Positions 7,936 to 14,567 of a DNA stretch of 32,227 bases are shown piece after piece (within the stretch, counting starts at the first letter, position 1; each line of letters starts with the position of its first letter). The notes under the pieces were generated by a model. That model saw only the letters and a program-made list of their open reading frames with translations, was not told the origin of the DNA and did no database searches. This DNA is from a virus. The stretch is taken from IMG/VR virus record IMGVR_UViG_3300012139_000001, positions 1 through 32,227 of that record; one strand, 5' to 3'. The translations under genes were made by a program, and so were the position numbers.

Positions 7936-8342
7936 TAGAGCTCGTCTCTGCGATAGGGATCCCAATAATAGGGTTCATCATTGTCATCTTGATCATCTTG
8001 ATCATCTTGATCATCTTGATCATCTTGATCATAGTCGGGCAAGGGTTTTTCGTATTGTTCGAATCCCGCCCACCGGGCCATTAAATAATAGAGAGTAGCG
8101 GCCGGCATCAGAAACCATTGCACGAGCGCATCGTAAGACTCGGGGCTAGACCCTTCCCACTGGTAATATGCGTGGCCTTCCTGGTAGTTATCTTGGTCGG
8201 TGTAATAGCGGGCTCCCCAGGTGGCGTCTTCTGTGCCTGGTGGGGCCCAGCCGATCGCTAAGACGCCTTTATCTGGATGCGAGTAGATCGAGTGTTGGTC
8301 TTGGTCTCGTGTGACTTTCAGGCCCGGGTTGAAAATGATCAT
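7935..8342 (-). CDS. Acidic hypothetical protein with (DDQ)5 repeat
   Basis: Start taken at ATG 8342 with RBS AGGAAAGGAA upstream. The C-terminal DYDQDDQDDQDDQDDQDDNDE is encoded by the 9-bp tandem repeat at 7985-8032. Confidence 0.6.
   Translation of the reverse strand: MIIFNPGLKVTRDQDQHSIYSHPDKGVLAIGWAPPGTEDATWGARYYTDQDNYQEGHAYYQWEGSSPESYDALVQWFLMPAATLYYLMARWAGFEQYEKPLPDYDQDDQDDQDDQDDQDDNDEPYYWDPYRRDEL
7985..8032. repeat. Tandem 9-bp repeat (CATCTTGAT) x5.3
   Basis: Read directly from the sequence. Each unit contains TGATCA. It encodes (DDQ)n on the minus strand. Confidence 0.95.
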
Positions 8343-8376
8343 GGTAGGGTTCCTTTCCTGTTTCGCTGTTTTATCT

Positions 8377-8574
8377 TTATCGCATGTTTTCCCAGACGAT
8401 GGACCAGAACTCGTCATGATCAAGATCGAGGTAGTAGCCGCGGGAGCAATGAAGGAGTGTTTCGTCAGCGATTGTTTCGATGTCGAAGTCGTCGCGGGTA
8501 GCGTCACCGGCTTCGATGGGCTCGATTATTTCGCGTTGGATAGCTTCGTTGAGGGTGGTGTAGTAGGTAGTCAT
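8377..8574 (-). CDS. Very acidic small protein (65 aa)
   Basis: ATG 8574 is preceded by AAGGAAAAACAGAAATG. Hand count gives 16 Asp/Glu against 4 Arg/Lys. No family recognised. Confidence 0.55.
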   Translation of the reverse strand: MTTYYTTLNEAIQREIIEPIEAGDATRDDFDIETIADETLLHCSRGYYLDLDHDEFWSIVWENMR

Positions 8575-8609
8575 TTCTGTTTTTCCTTTTCGTCTGTTTC
8601 GGTGGATGG

Positions 8610-8831
8610 TTAGGCGCGGGCTTGGTAGACTGCTTCTTCGTAGGCCTCTTGCCAGTCGAGCGCGTAGCCGGCATGATCGTTCGCAGCCAGGCAAGCGTCT
8701 TTTGACGATTCGAAACCTTCCGCGATTAGTGTGTGCTCGCAGTTACCGTCTTCGAAGTCGGTACGCATGCCTACCCAGAAGCTGGGCTCGGGGTCGTTTA
8801 CGTTGGGCTTCATGATGTAGTAGGTGTTCAT
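8610..8831 (-). CDS. Acidic small protein (73 aa)
   Basis: ATG 8831 is preceded by AGGAGAAACAGAAATG, and this is the first gene after promoter P3. Hand count gives 14 Asp/Glu against 4 Arg/Lys. The N-terminus MNTYY resembles MTTYY of the next gene. Confidence 0.55.
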   Translation of the reverse strand: MNTYYIMKPNVNDPEPSFWVGMRTDFEDGNCEHTLIAEGFESSKDACLAANDHAGYALDWQEAYEEAVYQARA

Positions 8832-8872
8832 TTCTGTTTCTCCTTTTTCGCTGTTGTCTTGCTGATATGAGT

Positions 8873-8901
8873 AATCTACCAACGCCGCGCCAGTCTGTCA
8901 A
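8873..8901 (-). promoter_or_regulatory. Early promoter P3 (leftward): TTGACA-17 nt-TAGATT
   Basis: Minus strand GAACTTGACA, a 17-nt spacer, then TAGATT. The sequence was verified against the VRR-NUC C-terminal translation; the TAG of the -10 is the VRR-NUC stop codon. The leader is nearly identical to that of P1. Confidence 0.6.
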
Positions 8902-9145
8902 GTTCAACTGGGCTACTTATAGTCACGACTTGATAACCGAGCCGGATAAGACGCGCATGCCACATCGACTGCGCCGGCGACACGCGCCCGGACTCAGATT
9001 TTAACTCGATGAATACGGTACGTCCCCAAGGTAAGAGCACTAACCGATCTGGTAGGCCCGCTGGTGGGGGGCGAAGCTTGACCGCGACCCCGCCACGCTT
9101 AGCCACCAGAGCCGCCAGACGCTCTTCTAACGCGTTTTCACGCAC
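8876..9145 (-). CDS. VRR-NUC domain nuclease
   Basis: GLPDRLVLLPWGRTVFIELKSESGRVSPAQSMWHARL matches the VRR-NUC core (PD ... ExK ... Q..W). GTG start at 9145, overlapping the upstream gene by 8 nt. Confidence 0.75.
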   Translation of the reverse strand: MRENALEERLAALVAKRGGVAVKLRPPPAGLPDRLVLLPWGRTVFIELKSESGRVSPAQSMWHARLIRLGYQVVTISSPVELDRLARRW

Positions 9146-9353
9146 TCGCGGCAGTTCCCTGCGGGAGCGGCTCAGAAGGCGTTAGAGCCGCGTCTAAGTC
9201 CTCTCGCCGGAACCGAAGCAAACCCTGCTTGCCGCGCGCAGGGCCCTTATAGGCACGAATCAACCGTTGATAGGCCCAAGTCCGCAAAGTATGCGGACTG
9301 ATATTCAGATACTCGCTCGCTTCTTGCGTGGTAAACCAGCCGTTACTAGACAT
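9138..9353 (-). CDS. Small HTH DNA-binding protein (excisionase/MerR-like fold)
   Basis: Contains FTTQEASEYLNISPHTLRTWAYQRLIRAYK ... RFRREDLDAAL. It is the first gene of the leftward arm. Confidence 0.65.
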   Translation of the reverse strand: MSSNGWFTTQEASEYLNISPHTLRTWAYQRLIRAYKGPARGKQGLLRFRREDLDAALTPSEPLPQGTAASA

Positions 9354-9448
9354 GCGTAAAAGAGTAGCATAAACAGCCTATATACGTTTATATTCGTATA
9401 TTAGCGCCTACCGTGCTTATAAAGTTGATCATCTGCGATACTGTGCTG

Positions 9449-11935
9449 ATGACTCTAAGACTCATCACCGAAAACCAAACCAGCGGGCTGCTCACCATCA
9501 ACCACGCATCGACAGTGACCGGCCCGTGGACCCCCGCCACCTATTCGAACTGGGCAGACCTCCTCGAAACCCTCCAAATCGCTGAACCACCCACACACCA
9601 ACACAAAACCGACATCCCCCTAATCTATGGAGGAACACTCCAAGGGCACCGCAAACGTGACACAGACATAACCGCGCGCACCCTGCTAACCCTCGACTAC
9701 GACCACGCCAGCGCAGACTGGGCAGAACTTACGCGCAAAACCCTAACAGGGCTCGCATGGGCCGCACACACCACCTGGACCCACAACCCAGATCCCACAG
9801 CCATAGGACAACACCGCTGGCGCCTAATCATGCCTCTCACCCATCCGCACACACCAAGCGCATACGAATGCCTCGCCAAACTTGTCGCACAGGCACTTTC
9901 CGGCGCAGACACCATCCGCATCGGGCAAGGAATGCACACGCCCAGCATGCGTACCGGATACACTTATGAAATCGGCGAAGGCGAACCGCTCGACCGGGAT
10001 ACCTGGGAAAGGCTCCACCCCCCAGCCCCGACAACAGACCAAGATCAACAAGCGGAACGCGACGAATACGCTCGGCGTGCTGTTGATCACGAACTAATCC
10101 GACTAGATCAACTCTCCCTGCTCGGCTGGGCTGGCCCCCCATGGGACAACACTTGTTACGCGGTAGCGGTAGCGATCATCGAACTCTGCCGCGCCAACTG
10201 GAACACACTAAGCGAAGATCAACTGCAAGGTGAATGGATGCAACGCGCGCCTAGTGATGAGAACTTCGATGTGCGTGAGCACCGGCGAATCTGGGCGAGC
10301 GCTAGCCGGCACATCCAGGACACCGGACCACGCGCGCTACCCGACCGATTCCAAACCCTTACCGATCAAGATCAGCCGCAGGTAGTGAGTGACCTGCCAG
10401 TGCTGGACGTCACCAACGCCTACCAAGCCAGCCGCTGGCTAGTCGCCTGGACAGGCCACCCAGGCGGGCCGCTGAACACGATCTACCGGCGTGGCGGGCA
10501 ACTCGTCGCACTCGCCACCACCAACCCCCGGACCATGGCCCTACCCGGTACGGATACACCAGCCCCCCTGATCCCCGTCACCATCCCCGCATATGTCGGC
10601 ATCGTCCACACCTACATGCAGCCCCGCACGTGGAAGGCAGGGGTTTGGCGCACCACCAAACTACCTCGAGATGTGGCTAGTGACCCGGTCAGCGTCCCCT
10701 ACCTGCTGCCACATGTGCGCGACCTCACCGGAACCAGCCAAACCCCCTGGATCAACCAAAACGGCCGACTCATCTGCGAGAGCGGTTGGGACCAGGCCAG
10801 CGGCGTCTTAACCCAACTCACCGGGCAACTAATCGAATGGGACTGGCAAGCAGCCAAAGACCCAGACCGCGACGCGGCACGCGCAGCACTACGCACATGG
10901 ACCGACCTCCTTAACGAATTCAGCTGGGAAGACCCACAAGACCAAGTCACCTACCTGGCCCTAGCCCTAACTCCGCTTATTCGCGGCTGGACCCTCGACA
11001 CAGGAGGCCGCTGGCCCATGGGCCTAATCACCGCCCACACACCAGGGTCAGGGAAAACCCTCCTAGCCAACATCCTCCAAGCCTTGCACGGCGGCACCAC
11101 TCACCCACTAGCCGAAGGCCGCGGCGACAGCGAAGAAATCCGAAAAATGATCATGAGCGTACTAATGGGCGGAGGTGACACCGGCCGAATCGTCTTACTC
11201 GACAACGCAGTACGCCTAAGCAGCAGCGCACTAGACGGCCTACTAACCAGCGGTGAATGGACCGACCGCGTCCTAGGACACACCCAAACAATCAGCGTCA
11301 ACAACGACAAGTTGTGGCTAGCTACCGGTAACAACCTCACCCTTGGCGGCGATTTAGCGCGGCGGTGTGTGTGGGTGCACGTAGACCCCGGCGTGCCCAA
11401 CCCGGAACGACGTACCGGCTTCCGTATTGCGCGGATCGTGCAACACGCTGCTGAGCGACGCGCTGAACTCTTGGACGCGCTGCTAACCATGATCATGAGC
11501 TGGGCTAATAGCGGAATGCAGAGCAGCGGTGAGAGCACAGCCGAAGACAACTTCGCCGACTGGCGCCGATCCTGCCAAGGCGTACTGTCATGGGCTGGAC
11601 TCGCTAGTGCGGAAACTCTAAGCACCCAAGATACACGCGGAAACTATCAACCCGACCCCATCGAAACCCAAACCACCGCCGTACTCGAAACAATCTGGCA
11701 CACACACCAAGACACACCTTGGACCGCCAGAGAAGTGCTAGACAACCCAGAGCTCGGACCAAAAATCTTCGAGCACCTCGAAATGGGAAGCCCCTCAGCA
11801 CTCGGAACCTGGCTAAGAAGTCGCGCGGGCAGATGGTGGGGAGGCGTCTGGCGAGTCCAACCAGGGCCCAGTAAAAGCACCTCAATGAGCCAAAGAACCG
11901 CCATTTTTTGGCGAATCCAAAAACACGGGAGTTAG
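9449..11935 (+). CDS. DNA primase (prim-pol-like N-terminal domain) fused to a P-loop SF3/D5-like helicase
   Basis: Acidic motif LLTLDYDH in the N-terminal half; Walker A ITAHTPGSGKTLLANIL and Walker B RIVLLDNA in the C-terminal half. Start taken at ATG 9449; the track starts at GTG 9413. Confidence 0.7.
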   Translation: MTLRLITENQTSGLLTINHASTVTGPWTPATYSNWADLLETLQIAEPPTHQHKTDIPLIYGGTLQGHRKRDTDITARTLLTLDYDHASADWAELTRKTLTGLAWAAHTTWTHNPDPTAIGQHRWRLIMPLTHPHTPSAYECLAKLVAQALSGADTIRIGQGMHTPSMRTGYTYEIGEGEPLDRDTWERLHPPAPTTDQDQQAERDEYARRAVDHELIRLDQLSLLGWAGPPWDNTCYAVAVAIIELCRANWNTLSEDQLQGEWMQRAPSDENFDVREHRRIWASASRHIQDTGPRALPDRFQTLTDQDQPQVVSDLPVLDVTNAYQASRWLVAWTGHPGGPLNTIYRRGGQLVALATTNPRTMALPGTDTPAPLIPVTIPAYVGIVHTYMQPRTWKAGVWRTTKLPRDVASDPVSVPYLLPHVRDLTGTSQTPWINQNGRLICESGWDQASGVLTQLTGQLIEWDWQAAKDPDRDAARAALRTWTDLLNEFSWEDPQDQVTYLALALTPLIRGWTLDTGGRWPMGLITAHTPGSGKTLLANILQALHGGTTHPLAEGRGDSEEIRKMIMSVLMGGGDTGRIVLLDNAVRLSSSALDGLLTSGEWTDRVLGHTQTISVNNDKLWLATGNNLTLGGDLARRCVWVHVDPGVPNPERRTGFRIARIVQHAAERRAELLDALLTMIMSWANSGMQSSGESTAEDNFADWRRSCQGVLSWAGLASAETLSTQDTRGNYQPDPIETQTTAVLETIWHTHQDTPWTAREVLDNPELGPKIFEHLEMGSPSALGTWLRSRAGRWWGGVWRVQPGPSKSTSMSQRTAIFWRIQKHGS

Positions 11936-12260
11936 GTAACCCTAAAAAAAAGCAGTTTTTGCACATTAAGCAGTTCTCCTAGTCAGCTACAACCAATACT
12001 TCATACCCTACAACACTTGATATATGTGGTTTATCTCATCAAAACTTAAGACAACTCTCAGAAAAAATTTTATTTGATTGACTAGGAAAGGTGCTTAAGC
12101 TGTTTAAGGTGCTTTTCCTGTTAAGTAAATTTTTTTAGGTCTTGTTAGTGGGCCCTAAGTGGGTTTGATCGTTCAAAATTAGTTGACACTAATATACTTA
12201 ATAGAAGTACCAGTGAACTCGAAAATAACCCCGAGTAGACAGCCCAAATAAACTAAGCCC
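11936..12260. other. AT-rich non-coding region upstream of terS (candidate packaging site, late promoter or origin)
   Basis: No ORF, and a clear drop in GC relative to the flanks. Contains direct repeats AAGCAGTT (11950, 11968) and AAGGTGCTT (12088, 12106), each pair 18 bp apart, the palindrome GCTTAAGC, and TTGACA at 12183. Confidence 0.5.
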
Positions 12261-12749
12261 ATGACCACTAGCACCGACCTAACCGCGACAGTCGTGGACC
12301 TACGCCTAGCTGGCTGGTCATACCCAAAAATCAACCAAGAGCTCCGCATCAACAACAGCGCTACCCTCTACGCTGAACACTGCGCAGCTAATCCAATCGC
12401 CGACCTAACCGAGCAGCGCTTCACCCAACACGAACGCCTAGAGGCTCTGCACGCCGCGCACTACCCACACGCACTACAAGCGGACAGCGACCACACGCGC
12501 ACCGTCCTCCAAGTCATGAAGCAACAGCAAACCCTGACCCCCGATGACCGGGCTGGGGAGCACACGCAAACGCTCTTGCTCGCTCAGGCCGCACAGCAAG
12601 CCCTCGCCCGCCTCGGGATGACCCCAGAATTCCAAGCAGATTTCGGCCGCGCCTGGCAGGCTGAACTAGAACGATTGCAGGCTACGCCCGGACGCATGGC
12701 TGCTGATTGGGACGCTGAACTAGCACACATCGACGAACTCGACCCATGA
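12261..12749 (+). CDS. Putative small terminase subunit
   Basis: 162 aa with an N-terminal HTH-like segment (VVDLRLAGWSYPKINQEL). It lies directly upstream of terL and is coupled to it by an ATGA overlap. The call rests mainly on position. Confidence 0.45.
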   Translation: MTTSTDLTATVVDLRLAGWSYPKINQELRINNSATLYAEHCAANPIADLTEQRFTQHERLEALHAAHYPHALQADSDHTRTVLQVMKQQQTLTPDDRAGEHTQTLLLAQAAQQALARLGMTPEFQADFGRAWQAELERLQATPGRMAADWDAELAHIDELDP

Positions 12750-14197
12750 CCACGAGATCCCGAGAGCAATCGGTCATAACCGCCTACCAGCAGCTAGTCC
12801 CTACACCTAAGAGTAGTGCGCTAGCGCTCGCCCGGTGGATAGAACCGCTTACCCAAACTCGACCACACCTCAACTATTTGGACGAGCTCCTAACCGCTAA
12901 TCTCGCCGCTCAGGAACAAGGCACGTCCACCCAGACCCTAGTCAGCCTCCCCCCACGCACAGGCAAAAGCACCCTTTGCGCCGTCTGGTACCCCCTCTAC
13001 GCCTTGACCAGGAACCCAACCCTAAAAATCGGATTAGTCAGCCACACACCAGACCTAGCCACCAGCTGGGCCAGGACGATCCGCGACCACGCCCAAAACC
13101 CCAGGGCCCGCATTCAAGTGCACAAAGCCACACGCTGGACCGCGTCAGAGTGGCGCACCAGCCAAGGCGGCGGACTCTGGGCCCGCTCAGTAGGCCAAGC
13201 ACTCACCGGCCTCGGATTCGACTTGCTAATACTCGACGATGTGGTGAAAGACCACGCCAGCGCACACTCACCGGCGAACCGACGTCACCTCTGGGACTGG
13301 TGGCAAGCCAACACCAGAACCCGCCTAGAAGCGCCTTACACCTTGCTAATCGTCGGCACACGCTGGCACACCGACGACCTCATCGGCCGACTAACAAACC
13401 CCGAATACACACCACCAAACACAGACCAACCCTGGCAGGCAGTGAACCTCCCAGCAATCGCCCCGGACAGCCCCCCTTGCCCCCTAGGACGCGCTCCCGG
13501 TGATCCCCTTTACACACCCTTAGGCCGACAAACCAGAGCCGCGCAGCTCCTCGAATGGGCGAAAATCCGCGCGGCCGTAGGAACCAGGACGTGGCAGGCT
13601 CTCTACCAAGGCACACCAACCAGCGAAGAAGGCCGCGTGTTCCATGCGCATTGGTGGCAACGCTGGCGCACACTCCCCACCAGCCGACCGCAAAGAGACC
13701 TCACAAGCTGGGACATGGCGTTCAAACCCGGCAATCATAGTGACTGGGTGGTAGGACAGCACTGGCAAACCTGGGCAGGAGACCGCTACCTCATCGACCA
13801 AATCCGCGGCCGCTGGACCTTCAGCGAAACCATCCACCACATGCGCACATTCATCGAAAAAACCGGGGCACGCGAGCACCTCGTCGAAGACCGAGCAAAC
13901 GGCACCGCCATAATCGATACACTAAAACGCGAAATCCCCGGAATAATCCCGATAAACCCGACACAAAGCAAAACTGCGAGAGCTCAGGCGGTAACCCCGG
14001 AAATCGAAGCAGGTAACGTGTTTCTGCCCGCCCAGGCTGGTTGGCTCCCCGAATTCCTCTTAGAGGTTGATCAGTTTCCCGCTGGCGCGCATGATGACCA
14101 AGTGGACGCGCTAACTCAAGCCCTGTCTCGGTTGCGGTTGTCTGGTGTGGGTGGCGCCAGGGTAAGTCGTCTTGCTGCTGTGAGACATTTAGGGTAG
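12746..14197 (+). CDS. terL: Large terminase subunit
   Basis: Walker A LPPRTGKSTL, Walker B DLLILDDV, coupling motif GTRWHTDDL, and C-terminal nuclease acidic motif GAHDDQVDAL. Confidence 0.85.
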   Translation: MTTRSREQSVITAYQQLVPTPKSSALALARWIEPLTQTRPHLNYLDELLTANLAAQEQGTSTQTLVSLPPRTGKSTLCAVWYPLYALTRNPTLKIGLVSHTPDLATSWARTIRDHAQNPRARIQVHKATRWTASEWRTSQGGGLWARSVGQALTGLGFDLLILDDVVKDHASAHSPANRRHLWDWWQANTRTRLEAPYTLLIVGTRWHTDDLIGRLTNPEYTPPNTDQPWQAVNLPAIAPDSPPCPLGRAPGDPLYTPLGRQTRAAQLLEWAKIRAAVGTRTWQALYQGTPTSEEGRVFHAHWWQRWRTLPTSRPQRDLTSWDMAFKPGNHSDWVVGQHWQTWAGDRYLIDQIRGRWTFSETIHHMRTFIEKTGAREHLVEDRANGTAIIDTLKREIPGIIPINPTQSKTARAQAVTPEIEAGNVFLPAQAGWLPEFLLEVDQFPAGAHDDQVDALTQALSRLRLSGVGGARVSRLAAVRHLG

Positions 14198-14209
14198 GCG
14201 GGGCCTATT

Positions 14210-14542
14210 ATGCGGGGTATGTATCAGCGGCCTATTGATTTGTTCCCTGTGGACGTTTATGGTCCGCTCGCCCCGGGGGTTGATCAGATCCGTTTTGGCC
14301 GGTTATTCGTCAGGGATGACCGACTGTTTATCGCCGCGAGTCCGGATCGGGGTAAAACAGTGTCCTGGGTCAGGTCTTACCCGTTGCCCGACACTGGGCC
14401 GAAGCGGTCTACTGGGCCTTATTCGCGTTGGGGGCCGTGGAAGTATAAGAGTTGTGGGTGTAATAGTAGTTGGCGGTCTCAGACGGTCGACGGTTTACGC
14501 GCTCTCGCTGTTTCTGAAGATCAACAACAGGCGAGTCCATGA
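14210..14542 (+). CDS. Hypothetical protein between terminase and portal
   Basis: 110-aa ORF with protein-like composition. It competes with the overlapping ORF 14235-14555. Confidence 0.45.
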   Translation: MRGMYQRPIDLFPVDVYGPLAPGVDQIRFGRLFVRDDRLFIAASPDRGKTVSWVRSYPLPDTGPKRSTGPYSRWGPWKYKSCGCNSSWRSQTVDGLRALAVSEDQQQASP

Positions 14543-14567
14543 TCAACACTATTAGGGGTTGTTGATC

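Noticed and set aside
6553-7965. Longer SNF2 ORF starting at TTG 7965
   Set aside because: ATG 7935 overlaps the upstream stop (TAATG). The extra 10 codons would overlap the preceding gene by 31 nt.
7985-8032. Possible CRISPR-like array
   Set aside because: The units are contiguous 9-bp repeats without spacers, and no cas genes are present. This is a coding microsatellite.
7706-8098. ORFs reading the 9-bp repeat as MIKMIKMIK, ILIILIILI or HLDHLDHLD
   Set aside because: These are alternative frames across the tandem repeat. Only the minus-strand DDQ frame is continuous with a gene that has an RBS and coupled neighbours.
8895-8923. Plus-strand promoter CTGTCA-17 nt-TATAGT inside VRR-NUC
   Set aside because: There is nothing for it to transcribe on the plus strand. 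The same bases form a much better minus-strand promoter (P3) with a consensus TTGACA and a leader shared with P1.
9138-9353. Excisionase-like HTH as evidence for a temperate lifestyle
   Set aside because: No integrase, attP-like site or repressor could be found anywhere in the closed genome. This fold is common in lytic-phage regulators.
12183-12188. TTGACA in the AT-rich region as a fourth member of the early promoter family
   Set aside because: No TANNNT or TAGNNT hexamer lies 16-19 nt downstream, and the AAC extension is missing. It is kept only as a weak candidate within the region-level finding.
11936-12260. tRNA or other structured RNA gene in the AT-rich gap
   Set aside because: I could not find a T-arm (GTTCRANNC), an acceptor-stem pairing or a cloverleaf by eye. 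An sRNA cannot be excluded without a scan.
14235-14555. Alternative ORF overlapping 14210-14542
   Set aside because: Its translation is Arg/Gly/Val-rich and low complexity, and the other frame looks more protein-like. The choice remains uncertain.
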